64,000 nt of DNA, taken from the IMG/VR virus record IMGVR_UViG_3300037418_002777; one strand, given 5' to 3'. Under the pieces are notes generated by a model. It was not told the DNA's origin. It saw nothing but the letters and a program-made list of their open reading frames with translations, and searched no databases. Below, in pieces: positions 37,941 to 47,284 of this stretch (within the stretch, counting starts at the first letter, position 1; each line of letters opens with the position of its first letter). The stretch comes from an uncultured virus (IMG/VR IMGVR_UViG_3300037418_002777). Its lineage: Duplodnaviria > Heunggongvirae > Uroviricota > Caudoviricetes. The translations under genes and the position numbers were made by a program.

Positions 37941-38353
37941 GCGCCCTCCCCGACCGGCGCGATCTTGAAGTCGCGCGGGTTGAAGTCCATGCCGGCCTCG
38001 ACCAAGTCGGCGATGTGCTCCAGCATCTCGGTCAGCGCCTCGTCGTAGCTGGCGAACGTGACCGGCTTGTCGTCCTCGGTCCAGACGTTCTCCCAGCCGT
38101 TGCCGATCGCGGTCAGCACTTCGTAGCGCGGTGCCTTGAAGCCGTTCTCATAGTCGTAACCTTCGACCGGCGACGACGACTCGGCCACGCCGTTGAGGCG
38201 GTAGTCGATGAAGTCGAAAGTGCTGCCCTCGAGCTGCTGCTGCGGGACCAGCATACAGTTGGCAAGGGTGTAGGCGGTGTCGATAGGTTCGTCGGCCTTG
38301 AGCGCGAAGGCGAGGTCGGCGTGGACGATGACGAGGCGTTCTTTTTGGGTCAT
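37937..38353 (-). CDS. hypothetical protein
   Basis: 138 aa, AAGGA RBS. Confidence 0.6.
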   Translation of the reverse strand: MTQKERLVIVHADLAFALKADEPIDTAYTLANCMLVPQQQLEGSTFDFIDYRLNGVAESSSPVEGYDYENGFKAPRYEVLTAIGNGWENVWTEDDKPVTFASYDEALTEMLEHIADLVEAGMDFNPRDFKIAPVGEGA

Positions 38354-38364
38354 GGTGGGTCCTT

Positions 38365-38604
38365 TTAGAGGGTGATGTTTTCGGCCAGGGCACCGATCAG
38401 GTGCAGCGCGTCCATGTGGTACTGAGAGCCAGCGTCAGCGGCCTTGGAAACGAAGATGATCGCCTCGGCATCCGACTCGAACTTCGGCTCCAGGTAGCCG
38501 AGTTCGGGGACGGTGTCGGGCAGGTCCACCCTTTGCAGGTGCAGGCGACCCTCGACATCGAACAGGTCCCAGCCTTCGGACAGTGCTTTGGTATTGTCAA
38601 ACAT
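38365..38604 (-). CDS. hypothetical protein
   Basis: AAAGGA RBS. Confidence 0.6.
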   Translation of the reverse strand: MFDNTKALSEGWDLFDVEGRLHLQRVDLPDTVPELGYLEPKFESDAEAIIFVSKAADAGSQYHMDALHLIGALAENITL

Positions 38605-38615
38605 GGTGGTTCCTT

Positions 38616-38870
38616 TCAGATGATGTAATCGGGTTCAGTGGCGCCGTCGGCAAACCAGTTCTTCTCTTTCAGCAGGTCGACGGCCAGGTCGACCGCCTCG
38701 TCGTCGGAGAGGCGACCGCCCAGGTAGCTCCAGACGGCGACGAACATGGGCTCGGCGCCGCACTGCCAGCCGACCAGGCGGGCGTTGTCAGGGATTTCGC
38801 AGAGGTGGCGCTCGGCCAGCGCGTCGTCGACGGCGTAGGCGACGTAGGGGAGGGCTTGTTCGCGGTTCAT
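38616..38870 (-). CDS. hypothetical protein
   Basis: Coupled ORF. Confidence 0.6.
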   Translation of the reverse strand: MNREQALPYVAYAVDDALAERHLCEIPDNARLVGWQCGAEPMFVAVWSYLGGRLSDDEAVDLAVDLLKEKNWFADGATEPDYII

Positions 38871-39289
38871 TTACCCTCCAGCTGGTGGTAGATGTCGTCG
38901 GCGCGGTGCCGGATCACCGCACACTGGTCAGGTGTTATCACGCCAGCGCCAAGGTTCGCATTCGCGCTGTCGTCAACGTGCATGAGTGCCCTCTCCCAGT
39001 CATCGTGCTTGCCGGCTTCGATGCGGTCGAGCTCCTCGTTCATGCGCTTGAGCGCCTGCTGCTGGCCGTAGGCCTGCAGGTGCTCGCGGGTCAGGGTTGG
39101 CGCGTTCAGCGGCGCCGGCGGATCGGTGATCCAGTATTCCATTTCGTTGCTCCAGATGGCGATGCGCTGGTCGCCTTCGAGGCTGCGCAGCGCGGCGTCG
39201 AAGTCGCGGTAGGCGTGCACGGTCTGGCCATTCAGGTCGACGATGTGGTAGAGCAGGCCGCGGCCGTCGTTGGGGTGGGCGATGATCAT
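38867..39289 (-). CDS. hypothetical protein
   Basis: MIIAHPND...; AAGGAG RBS. Confidence 0.6.
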   Translation of the reverse strand: MIIAHPNDGRGLLYHIVDLNGQTVHAYRDFDAALRSLEGDQRIAIWSNEMEYWITDPPAPLNAPTLTREHLQAYGQQQALKRMNEELDRIEAGKHDDWERALMHVDDSANANLGAGVITPDQCAVIRHRADDIYHQLEGK

Positions 39290-39543
39290 GATGGCTCCTT
39301 GTTCAGCGGATAGTCCAAGTTGTAGGCCCGCTCGGTGTCGCGCCATTCGCGCAGCATGGCAAGGCGGTAGTGCGGGTCTGCTGTCGGCCAGGCGTCTGCG
39401 TAGACGCCGCCGAACACCAGGCCTGCCACGCCGCCCTCGTCGATGCCGACCTGGTCCATCACGCTCTTGACGGCGGCGTCCAGGTCGTCGATCAGGGTGG
39501 CGGCGATCAGCATGTCGTCGGTGATCCGGTGGGCGGCGCTCAC
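39286..39543 (-). CDS. hypothetical protein
   Basis: Coupled ORF. Confidence 0.55.
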   Translation of the reverse strand: MSAAHRITDDMLIAATLIDDLDAAVKSVMDQVGIDEGGVAGLVFGGVYADAWPTADPHYRLAMLREWRDTERAYNLDYPLNKEPS

Positions 39544-39863
39544 AGCAGCTCTCCCAGTGTCACTTGGCTGACGGTGTTGACGCAGGTGCCGTACATGCCC
39601 GACTCAGAGTCGAAGCGGCCGTACTTCTTGAGCGCCGTCTTCATGCCGCGCGGCGGCCCTTTCTCGGTCTCGGCGTAGCCAAGGCATGTCTCGATCGCGC
39701 TCTCCTTGGTCAGGCAGATGTCCTGGGTCTCGGACAGGCAGCCCGGGATATGCCACTCGGCCAGCCAGACACGGCGCCGCAGTGCCGCAGCCTGCACCTC
39801 GGCGCGCTTGACGTGCCGGCCGTCGTTGATGCGCTCAAGCGCCTCGTCGAAGCTGAGTTTCAT
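39540..39863 (-). CDS. hypothetical protein
   Basis: Coupled ORF. Confidence 0.6.
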   Translation of the reverse strand: MKLSFDEALERINDGRHVKRAEVQAAALRRRVWLAEWHIPGCLSETQDICLTKESAIETCLGYAETEKGPPRGMKTALKKYGRFDSESGMYGTCVNTVSQVTLGELL

Positions 39864-40180
39864 ACAGGCCTCCGCAGGTTCAGTTCCTTCTCGGCGCGGC
39901 GCAGCACCTCGTACACGCGCTGCTCACCTTTCTCCACTGCCAGCGCGTCCAAGGTGTTGCGCGCCGCCGCCACCTCGTCGCCGCGGCAGGCCTGCAGTCG
40001 CAGGAACGGCACGTCGACAAGACGAACGCCGCTGTCCCAGTGCGTCACCGCCAACAGCTGGCTGTCCAGCCCCTTGTGCACGATGAACCAGAAGCGGATG
40101 TTGTTGATGTAGTGCGAGAACCGGCGGCCCTCGACCTCGACGTACTCGGCGTCGTCGGCTATCCGGACCGGGAATTTCAT
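39860..40180 (-). CDS. hypothetical protein, paralog of 40177-40491
   Basis: Shares RF.F.VH, SG, RLQ..(R/K)GD.V.AARN.L and terminal RRPV. Confidence 0.65.
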   Translation of the reverse strand: MKFPVRIADDAEYVEVEGRRFSHYINNIRFWFIVHKGLDSQLLAVTHWDSGVRLVDVPFLRLQACRGDEVAAARNTLDALAVEKGEQRVYEVLRRAEKELNLRRPV

Positions 40181-40491
40181 ACCGGCCTCCGCGTGACGAT
40201 GTCCTCCAGCTGCAAGAGCGCTGCCACCAGCTTGTCGCCGTGGGTGACGGCGTACTCGGTGAGCGCGTTGCGCGCGGCCAGCACGCGGTCGCCCTTCGTG
40301 TACTGCAGGCGGAACGGGGCCACGGTGGTGACCAGGTTGCCGCTCTTGTGCGACACGCACAGCGTGGTCGGGTCGTCGTGGGCGTCGTGCACGTAGAAGC
40401 TGAAGCGACGGCTGCAGATGTCGTGGTAAAACTGGGTCGCCTCGACGTAGGTCGAGGCGCCGCCGGGCAGGCGGATTTCGAAAGACGGCAT
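40177..40491 (-). CDS. hypothetical protein, paralog of 39860-40180
   Basis: As above; AAGGAG RBS. Confidence 0.65.
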   Translation of the reverse strand: MPSFEIRLPGGASTYVEATQFYHDICSRRFSFYVHDAHDDPTTLCVSHKSGNLVTTVAPFRLQYTKGDRVLAARNALTEYAVTHGDKLVAALLQLEDIVTRRPV

Positions 40492-40533
40492 GGTTGTTCT
40501 CCTTTGTTATTTGGTCGGGCCGTGGCCGCGCCC

Positions 40534-40722
40534 TTACTGCTCCAGCTTGCGCAGTGCCTGCGCACTATCCTCAATCGCTTTGAGCAAATAAGCGCGGTCG
40601 GTGTCATGAGGTTCCGTCCGCGCGGCTTCGGCGGCGGCTTCCAGATAAGCGGCAATAGCTTCGATACTGGTGAGATAATCGGCAGCGTTAAATGGTAAAA
40701 ATTCGTCGGTGTCAATGGTCAT
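40534..40722 (-). CDS. protein resembling the N-terminal half of HI1420-type addiction-module antitoxins
   Basis: PFNAADYLTSIEAIAAYLEAA...LLKAIEDSAQA; no HTH; GGAGG RBS. Confidence 0.6.
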   Translation of the reverse strand: MTIDTDEFLPFNAADYLTSIEAIAAYLEAAAEAARTEPHDTDRAYLLKAIEDSAQALRKLEQ

Positions 40723-40751
40723 GAATCAGTCCTCCAAAATGTTTGAGCATG

Positions 40752-41030
40752 TCAGTCCTCGATAATGGACCAGCGCCAAGGTGTGCCGCGGCTGGTGCGC
40801 ACCGGCCGCGGCACCAGCTCCAGCTGCACGCCCTGCAGGTCGCTCGTATCGAGCATGCGCTGCTGGCGGGCGTGGTGCGAGAGCGCCACCGACAGGCCGT
40901 TGTGGTCGGCCAAGCGGTACTGCTGGCCGGCGGGGCAGCGCACGACGATGCGGGTCAGGCTGTCGGCCTGCACGATCTGGACCCGGCGCACGTTCAGGCG
41001 GTCGGCGTCGGTGACGGTCAGCAGGTTCAT
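40752..41030 (-). CDS. hypothetical protein
   Basis: Coupled ORF. Confidence 0.55.
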   Translation of the reverse strand: MNLLTVTDADRLNVRRVQIVQADSLTRIVVRCPAGQQYRLADHNGLSVALSHHARQQRMLDTSDLQGVQLELVPRPVRTSRGTPWRWSIIED

Positions 41031-41350
41031 GACGCCACCCTGCAGTCGGCGAGGAAGGCCTTGCGCTGGCCTTCGGGCAGGTGTTCGGCGAGCAGCTTGG
41101 CGAGGCCGTACAGCGCGCTCAGCCGACCGGCCTTGCTCCCATCATCGTAGTCGCTGTACGGGCGCCGGGCATGCTGCCGCTCGCGCATGGTGCTGATCAT
41201 GGTTGCCAGCTCGGCCAGCTCGATGACGGGCGGGAGGGCTTCGAGAAAGTCGACGCAGCGCAGGGCCGGCGACATCGGGTCGTCGGTCCCCGCGGCAGCG
41301 TCGTAGGCGCGCACCAGGTCTCGCGCTGCTTCGTTAAGCGTCATGTGCAT
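41027..41350 (-). CDS. hypothetical protein
   Basis: GGAG RBS. Confidence 0.55.
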   Translation of the reverse strand: MHMTLNEAARDLVRAYDAAAGTDDPMSPALRCVDFLEALPPVIELAELATMISTMRERQHARRPYSDYDDGSKAGRLSALYGLAKLLAEHLPEGQRKAFLADCRVAS

Positions 41351-41777
41351 GGCTTTCTCCGAAAAGTTCTTGTTGGATGGTGGCGATCGCGATGCCGCGC
41401 AGGCGCAGCCGCTCGTTCTCCAGCCGGCGCTCGTACTCGGCCTCGGCAAGCTGGTACTTGCGCTGCTGGACGACTAGGGCAAGTGCCTCGTCGTTCGGGT
41501 AGGTGTGCAGGATTTCGTGCTCCTTGCGACCGCGCCCGCCGGAGAGCATGCTCTCCATGCTGTAGGTGGTGAAGCGGACCTCAGTGGGCGAGAGCACGGT
41601 CACATCGACCTCGTACCAGCCAAACAGCTTGTAGTTGCCGGTCACGCCGTTCACCGTGGTGAAGCACGCGTGGCCGCCGTACTGCTCGTCCAGCTGCTCG
41701 CGGTGCTGCCGGACGTACGCGAGAAACAGCTCGGTGCCGGCGCGTTCGGGCAGTTGGAAGGGAAAGACGTTGTGCAT
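41334..41777 (-). CDS. hypothetical protein
   Basis: 147 aa, GGAGG RBS. Confidence 0.6.
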   Translation of the reverse strand: MHNVFPFQLPERAGTELFLAYVRQHREQLDEQYGGHACFTTVNGVTGNYKLFGWYEVDVTVLSPTEVRFTTYSMESMLSGGRGRKEHEILHTYPNDEALALVVQQRKYQLAEAEYERRLENERLRLRGIAIATIQQELFGESHAHDA

Positions 41778-41778
41778 G

Positions 41779-42021
41779 TCAGGCCTCCAGGTAGAAACGG
41801 GGCCAGTCCTGGCCGGCGGCGTTGATCGCGCGGTCGGTGATGGCCACCTCGAGGTCGAGGTTCTCCTTGTCCCAGTCGACCCAGTCAGTACGTCTCTTAG
41901 CAGCCTCGAAGGCTTCAGCGTCGACGAAACCGACCACCGTGTACTCGAGGCGGCGGCTCTCGAAGTAGCGCACTCCCTCGAGTGCGAGGTGGGTGCCGTT
42001 GCGCATCAGGATCAGTTTCAT
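41779..42021 (-). CDS. hypothetical protein
   Basis: MKLILMR...; AAGGAGG RBS. Confidence 0.55.
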   Translation of the reverse strand: MKLILMRNGTHLALEGVRYFESRRLEYTVVGFVDAEAFEAAKRRTDWVDWDKENLDLEVAITDRAINAAGQDWPRFYLEA

Positions 42022-42356
42022 TTGGCAGCCTCCTTGGCCAGCTTGTCGTCGATGGCCTCGCGCAGCCAGTTGACGTCGGATGGGTGGATGAACTGGCCGG
42101 TGGCGCGCTTGCAGCGGCGCAGCTGGGACAGCAGCGCCTCCGCGGTGCCGCTGATCACCTCGCCGTCGAGCAGCACCTCGACCCTCTGGCGCTTCGGGCT
42201 GGTCGCCCAGTCGTGCGCCTTGACGATGCCAAGCTTGACCACGCCGTAGATCGAGCCGATCACGACGACCTTGTAGGCCCAGAAGCCCAAGGCGACCCAC
42301 AGCGCCATCTGCGGCAGGCGGGCAAGCAGTTCGAGCAGGATTTTCAGGTCTTCCAT
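42018..42356 (-). CDS. membrane-associated hypothetical protein
   Basis: Hydrophobic N-terminus, AAAGGA RBS. Confidence 0.65.
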   Translation of the reverse strand: MEDLKILLELLARLPQMALWVALGFWAYKVVVIGSIYGVVKLGIVKAHDWATSPKRQRVEVLLDGEVISGTAEALLSQLRRCKRATGQFIHPSDVNWLREAIDDKLAKEAAK

Positions 42357-42366
42357 GTAGTTCCTT

Positions 42367-42585
42367 TCAGGTTCGGTAAGCGATGTAATAGCCGCCGTCG
42401 CCGCGGTCGGTCACGGCGAACGGCACCTTGCTGCGGAACGTGGCCTGCATGCCCTCGACCACGAGCTCGCAGGGCACACCAGCGGCGTTCGCCAGCGCCA
42501 CCTTGTCGCGGTCGGTCAGGCTGGCGGCCGGCGTGCCGGGCGCCGGTAGCCGGAGGAACTCGGCGACGAGGTCGTCGATGGTCAC
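42367..42585 (-). CDS. hypothetical protein
   Basis: GTG start, AAGGAG RBS. Confidence 0.5.
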   Translation of the reverse strand: MTIDDLVAEFLRLPAPGTPAASLTDRDKVALANAAGVPCELVVEGMQATFRSKVPFAVTDRGDGGYYIAYRT

Positions 42586-43340
42586 TTCGGCTCCTTGTGC
42601 CCGCCCGCCTTGAGCCATTCGTTGATGGCTCCCTGGGCGGCGTTGATGTAGTCGAGCATCGCGTCCGGCATGCCCTCGTGCTCGTCGCGCCCGCCGAAGT
42701 GGGCGATCAGGCGGTCGGAGAAGTCGTCCTCGCAGAAGCCGCCCAGCTCGTTGGCATCGATGTGGTCGTGGAGGTCGACGAAGCTCTGGACGTCGGCCGG
42801 AATCTGGCCGATGCGGATGCAGTCCTTCACCTCGCGCTTCATGCGCTCGACCGTCTCCTCGAGCGTGGGCACCGGCTCGCAGGCGTCCCAAGTCCAGGAG
42901 CCGCTGCCGACCGGCCAGGTAGGTCCGTCAGGCATGGCGATTGGCGTGATCCGGTACCAGCCCGCCGGCACGCCTGGCGCGGGCTCGGCGTCCTCGTCCT
43001 CGACCAGCACGTCCTCGCCGTTGTCGGCCCAGCGCACGTTGGGCATCAGCGCGACCAGCTGGTCGACCGATTTGCGAGGCAGGTACGGCATGCCCCAACC
43101 ATTCCAGCGGTTGCCGTTGCTCCAGCATGGCAGGATCACGTCGGGGTCGTAGCCAAGGAATTCGGCGGTTACGGTGGCGCGCCGGAAGGTGGGCTCGGGT
43201 GCCGGCTCGAACTCCTGCTCGAATACGTGGCGCGGCATGCGGTACTGCGGACCGCCACCTTGCGGCCAGAACTTGACTGGATCGGCCTCGGCGTCGCGGG
43301 TCTCAACCCGGTTGCCGTCTTTGTCTTGATAGATGGTCAT
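42582..43340 (-). CDS. multi-domain hypothetical protein
   Basis: RWNGWGMP and SFVDLHDHIDANELGG segments. Confidence 0.65.
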   Translation of the reverse strand: MTIYQDKDGNRVETRDAEADPVKFWPQGGGPQYRMPRHVFEQEFEPAPEPTFRRATVTAEFLGYDPDVILPCWSNGNRWNGWGMPYLPRKSVDQLVALMPNVRWADNGEDVLVEDEDAEPAPGVPAGWYRITPIAMPDGPTWPVGSGSWTWDACEPVPTLEETVERMKREVKDCIRIGQIPADVQSFVDLHDHIDANELGGFCEDDFSDRLIAHFGGRDEHEGMPDAMLDYINAAQGAINEWLKAGGHKEPK

Positions 43341-43999
43341 TTCGATTCCTTCCAAGGTTGCGGTTCGATGGCGACGCCCAGGTTGTCGGCGCGGGCGCGG
43401 CCCATCGACATCGCGACGGTCTCGGTCAGGGCGTCCCTGTGCCAGCGCGCGGTGCCGTCGGCCAGGCGGTCGTAGATGCCCCAGCCGGTGGTCTTCTCGT
43501 CAGGTCCTGCGAACTGCGGCTCGACCTCGTCGTCGTGCTCGATGATCGGCACCACCTGCACGGCGACGACGGCGCGCTCGTAGCCGGTCAGCTCCTTGAT
43601 GATCGACTCGGCGTGCGGGATCGGGCGTTGGGCCTTGTCGAAGAAGTCGAGGGCCAGCTCGCCCAGCTGGTGCTTGACCTTCGGCATCTCGGCCAGGCCG
43701 TCGTGGCTGGTCGGCAGCTCGCCGCTGCGCATCACCTGCGCCAGCCAGGCGCCTAAGTCCTCGTCCGTTTCATACGCGTACACGCCCGGGAAGCCGTCGA
43801 AGGCGAAGTCGGGGCAGGCGGCGACCTTCGTCATCAGGTCGTAGGACAGCGCGGCGACCTGGCCAAGCTCGCGGTACAGTTCGAGGCCGCCCCAGCCGTT
43901 CTGTTCGGCCCAGTCGAAGACGGGGTCGTGGTGGCCGATGTTCATGCCGATGGTGAGGGCGACGGCGGAAATGAGAGCTTCTTGGTGGATGGTGGTCAT
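43337..43999 (-). CDS. hypothetical protein
   Basis: MTTIHQE...; AAGGA RBS. Confidence 0.65.
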   Translation of the reverse strand: MTTIHQEALISAVALTIGMNIGHHDPVFDWAEQNGWGGLELYRELGQVAALSYDLMTKVAACPDFAFDGFPGVYAYETDEDLGAWLAQVMRSGELPTSHDGLAEMPKVKHQLGELALDFFDKAQRPIPHAESIIKELTGYERAVVAVQVVPIIEHDDEVEPQFAGPDEKTTGWGIYDRLADGTARWHRDALTETVAMSMGRARADNLGVAIEPQPWKESK

Positions 44000-44022
44000 G
44001 TGGGTTCCTTGTGGGTGGTGGG

Positions 44023-44262
44023 TTACTTGAGCTTCGTGTGAAACCAGACGGCGTAGGTGCAGGCCTTGAGGCCGTAGGCGCACGGCAGGCCAAGGGTTGC
44101 GCGGCCGTCGGGGTCGTAGCCACGCTCGCGCGCCATCGGCGCGATGAAGTCGTAAATCTCCTGCGCCGAGGCGCGGCCCTCGGTGCTGAGGATGTCGAAG
44201 TACAGGCCGCCAGCGGCGTTGATCGGGTGGACGACGACGGGCGCGTGGTTCAGCTTGAGCAT
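44023..44262 (-). CDS. hypothetical protein
   Basis: MLKLNH...; AAAGGA RBS. Confidence 0.55.
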   Translation of the reverse strand: MLKLNHAPVVVHPINAAGGLYFDILSTEGRASAQEIYDFIAPMARERGYDPDGRATLGLPCAYGLKACTYAVWFHTKLK

Positions 44263-44465
44263 GGGATTCCTTTCAGGTTGTCGTAGTAGGCCTGCCATTC
44301 GTCGCGCTTACGCTGCGCGCCGGCCTCGGTGCGTGCCTTGGCGCATACGCCAAGCGGCCCGACGATCTCGTAGCTGGTCGTTGGGCCGTGATCGGTCCAG
44401 CGGTGGCCGCTGACAGGGTTGTGGTGGTCGAGGCGCTTGAACACTTCACGAATCTCGACCGTCAC
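44250..44465 (-). CDS. hypothetical protein
   Basis: Coupled ORF. Confidence 0.5.
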   Translation of the reverse strand: MTVEIREVFKRLDHHNPVSGHRWTDHGPTTSYEIVGPLGVCAKARTEAGAQRKRDEWQAYYDNLKGIPCSS

Positions 44466-44911
44466 TCGACCCTCCCGCTGAAGGTGTGCACGTTGCGGCT
44501 GCCTTGCCGCGGCTGGTTGGAGTTGAGGGCGGGGTTGCGAATCAGCGTGGCGCTCTCGAAGCGCTCACACTGGACCAGCTGCACGTACGCCTCCAACCTG
44601 TCCGGTTCGGTGATCGGCGTGATGCTGCCACAGTCGACAAAGACGGCCAAGGCACCAGCGCGGAACATCGCGAACTGGGCAAGCGGGGGCAGGCTGTCGC
44701 GGTCAAGCATGACCGAGCCGACGGCGGGCTTGTCGTCGACGGTGCTGTTCCGGTTGGGCTGGAAGCCGGTGACGCCCAGGTATTCTTTCATCAGTGCGGC
44801 GCCGTCCTCGTTGACGTCGCACAGCAGGCGCATGCCGTAGGCGCAGGCTTCGCCGGTCAGGATGTTGATGCCGAACTGGCGCAGGTCGAGCCAGGTGTGT
44901 ACGGGGTTCAT
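44462..44911 (-). CDS. conserved-looking phage early protein
   Basis: FGINILTGEACAYGMRLLCD...RNVHTFSGR; AAGGAG RBS. Confidence 0.7.
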   Translation of the reverse strand: MNPVHTWLDLRQFGINILTGEACAYGMRLLCDVNEDGAALMKEYLGVTGFQPNRNSTVDDKPAVGSVMLDRDSLPPLAQFAMFRAGALAVFVDCGSITPITEPDRLEAYVQLVQCERFESATLIRNPALNSNQPRQGSRNVHTFSGRVE

Positions 44912-45120
44912 GTGGTCTCCTTGCCCTGAATGAACGCGCCGTCGGCGCGGGTGACGAGGTAGTCGCCGGTCTCCTCGACCTGCTCCAACCGCGCGCGCTG
45001 TTCGCCCACGAATTGGCGGATCGAGATGGCCCGGCCAAGGTGCTTGGCGTGGGTGGCCGTGTGCGGCTCAATGGTGATTTCGTCCGAGAAAAACAGGACC
45101 GGCTTTAGCGAAGTACCCAT
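44908..45120 (-). CDS. hypothetical protein
   Basis: Coupled ORF. Confidence 0.55.
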   Translation of the reverse strand: MGTSLKPVLFFSDEITIEPHTATHAKHLGRAISIRQFVGEQRARLEQVEETGDYLVTRADGAFIQGKETT

Positions 45121-45123
45121 GTG

Positions 45124-45315
45124 TCACTCCTCGTCATAGCCGTCGAACCACGGCCCGCGCCTGGCGGTGAGGGCGACGTTCTCGGGCAGGCTGCAGGTCT
45201 GGCTGCTGGTTTCGGGGTCGTCGCAGTGCTGCTGCGCCTCCTCGAGGGTCAGGCCGGTCTTGATGGTTTCGGCCGGGTGGTCGCGGTAGAAGCGACGGAT
45301 CTTGTAGGTGTTCAT
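45124..45315 (-). CDS. hypothetical protein
   Basis: YKIRRFY...GLTLEEAQQHC...WFDGY; AAGGAG RBS. Confidence 0.65.
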   Translation of the reverse strand: MNTYKIRRFYRDHPAETIKTGLTLEEAQQHCDDPETSSQTCSLPENVALTARRGPWFDGYDEE

Positions 45316-45629
45316 GTGGTCTCCTTGAGTGGGTTGAGAATGGTGCCGACCAGGCGGCCGTGCACCTGTGCAGGTAAGCGTTCGAACGCGATGCCGGCCT
45401 CGTAAATCTCGATCATGATCGGCTGGGCCTCGTTGCGCAGCGCCCAGTAAGGGCGGGCGCCTTGCCGATCAAGCACATCCAAACCGTGCGCGGTGAGTAG
45501 CAAGGTGTGCCGGCCAAGGTTGAAATGGCCAAGCCGTTTGCGGGCGATCGCCAGGTACAGATCGGCGATGGCGGCGTAGGTGGCGTCGAGGCGGGCCTCG
45601 CCGTCCTGTTGCAGTTGGATGTAGTCCAT
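45312..45629 (-). CDS. hypothetical protein
   Basis: Coupled ORF. Confidence 0.6.
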   Translation of the reverse strand: MDYIQLQQDGEARLDATYAAIADLYLAIARKRLGHFNLGRHTLLLTAHGLDVLDRQGARPYWALRNEAQPIMIEIYEAGIAFERLPAQVHGRLVGTILNPLKETT

Positions 45630-45630
45630 G

Positions 45631-45876
45631 TCAGTTCCAGCAGTTCTCGCAATAGGGTTCGGCGTGGCACAGCGCGGCCTCGTCGTAGGTGACGTCGCCG
45701 GACTGTTCGTACAGCTTGTCCACCTCGGCGATGAAGGCGTCGGCCTCGTAGCCCTGCATGAAGATGTCGTCCTGCCCGGGCGCCGAGATGCAGACGGTGG
45801 AGCGCAGGCTGTCCATGTCGACGGTGACGTCTTCCATGCGCTTGGCTGCGGCCAGGATGATGTCGGTGAGGCTCAC
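45631..45876 (-). CDS. hypothetical acidic protein
   Basis: GTG start with AAGGAGG RBS. Confidence 0.55.
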   Translation of the reverse strand: MSLTDIILAAAKRMEDVTVDMDSLRSTVCISAPGQDDIFMQGYEADAFIAEVDKLYEQSGDVTYDEAALCHAEPYCENCWN

Positions 45877-46037
45877 ATCCACCTCCTTGTTTTCATGGCT
45901 TGGCGCTTGAACCAGATGACCGGCCACCAGATGGCCGGCTTGGAGGCGGGCCAGTAGCCAAGTTCGTAGGCGGCGCACAGCCAGACCAGCAGGTCGATCA
46001 CGAGGCCGGCGGCGAGAAAGATGAGGATGGTGGTCAT
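45873..46037 (-). CDS. small membrane protein
   Basis: MTTILIFLAAGLVIDLLVWL... Confidence 0.55.
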   Translation of the reverse strand: MTTILIFLAAGLVIDLLVWLCAAYELGYWPASKPAIWWPVIWFKRQAMKTRRWM

Positions 46038-46567
46038 TTGGCCTCCGGGTTGAGGGCGCGCTCGAGGACGCCGAACAGGCCGGCGATGGTTTCGTCGGTC
46101 GCGCCCCAGATGCACTCGTTGAGCGCCGCGTTGAATTCATCGTCCTCGCCAGCTGCGATGCGACGCAGGGCGGTGAGGTCGGGCTGCTGGGCGGCGCGCA
46201 ATTGCGCGGCAGCGTCGACTGTTTCCTTCAGTGCGGTCGCTGTTCGATCAATATGCCCTTGCAGGATGGTGCCCACCCAGCGCCGCCCCGGCGTGATCTG
46301 CTCCAGCCAATGCAGCAGTGCGCTGGCTTGCTCCGACATGCGTTTGAGCAGCGTGATCGGGTCGTCGGGGTCGGGCTGTTGTGCAGCCTCGCGGCTGGGT
46401 GCCGGGGCGCGCAGCACCGCCTGACGGGCCATGGCACCGATGCGGCTTGCCTCCTCGTGGTCGTGCAGAGCAAGGTTCCCAAGCGCGAGCTTCAACGCTG
46501 CGTAGAGCGGGTTAGCATCCAGCTTGTCCAAGCCGATGCCTGCGGTGGTGGGGTCGTCGGGGCTCAT
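46034..46567 (-). CDS. hypothetical protein
   Basis: Coupled ORF, GGAGG RBS. Confidence 0.6.
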   Translation of the reverse strand: MSPDDPTTAGIGLDKLDANPLYAALKLALGNLALHDHEEASRIGAMARQAVLRAPAPSREAAQQPDPDDPITLLKRMSEQASALLHWLEQITPGRRWVGTILQGHIDRTATALKETVDAAAQLRAAQQPDLTALRRIAAGEDDEFNAALNECIWGATDETIAGLFGVLERALNPEAK

Positions 46568-46914
46568 ACGCCCTCCCCGACCAAGGCGTCATACGCCCTG
46601 GCCTCGGCCGGCGTGGCGATCTCTTTGGCGTGCATCTCGAGCATCATGCTGATGATGCGCGGGTCGATGTCGCCAGCGAGGTTGTCGTAGTCGCTGCCGG
46701 CATCGCCGTGGCGGACATACAGGTTCCAGGTGCCGTCCTGCTTGAGCAGATACGGTTCACAGGTGGCGCGCAGCTGGTAGGTGCGCCGCCTGCAGCGCTC
46801 CCACTCGGTCTCGATGCCGAACTCGGCGAGTCTCAAGCTGATTTGCAGCGCCTGGCCAAGGTCGTGCGATGGGTGCGGCCGGTAGCGCCAGCTGCGGCCG
46901 TAGATGTCTTGCAT
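46564..46914 (-). CDS. hypothetical protein
   Basis: AAGGAG RBS. Confidence 0.6.
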   Translation of the reverse strand: MQDIYGRSWRYRPHPSHDLGQALQISLRLAEFGIETEWERCRRRTYQLRATCEPYLLKQDGTWNLYVRHGDAGSDYDNLAGDIDPRIISMMLEMHAKEIATPAEARAYDALVGEGV

Positions 46915-47028
46915 GGCGGTCTCCTTAGATGATGTAGCCGAAGTAGTTGTAGCGGACGGCGTCGCGGTGGCGCGCCTCGTGAAACGGCAGGGAGAACGTG
47001 TCGTCGTAGGTGAACAGCTGGTCGGGGC

Positions 47029-47268
47029 TCATTGCGGCTCCTTGCACAGTTGGGCAAGCCGGTCCTGCTCGGCCGCCTGTGCGCGGTAGCCGTCACACTG
47101 GGCACCGGGCACGCAATGGCCGCCGGTCATCTCACAGCCAAAGCCGCAGCGGGTGACGCCGCCGAGGGCGGCGCGCCCGGTCACGGTGCAGCGCAGCGGG
47201 CATTCGGCAGCGGCAAAGCCGGGGTGGTCGGCGTAGGGGTTGACGCCGTCTTTCGGTATGAGGTGCAT
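47029..47268 (-). CDS. small Cys-rich protein
   Basis: 7 Cys in 79 aa; AAGGAG RBS. Confidence 0.55.
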   Translation of the reverse strand: MHLIPKDGVNPYADHPGFAAAECPLRCTVTGRAALGGVTRCGFGCEMTGGHCVPGAQCDGYRAQAAEQDRLAQLCKEPQ

Positions 47269-47284
47269 GCGGGGCTCCTTGTGG

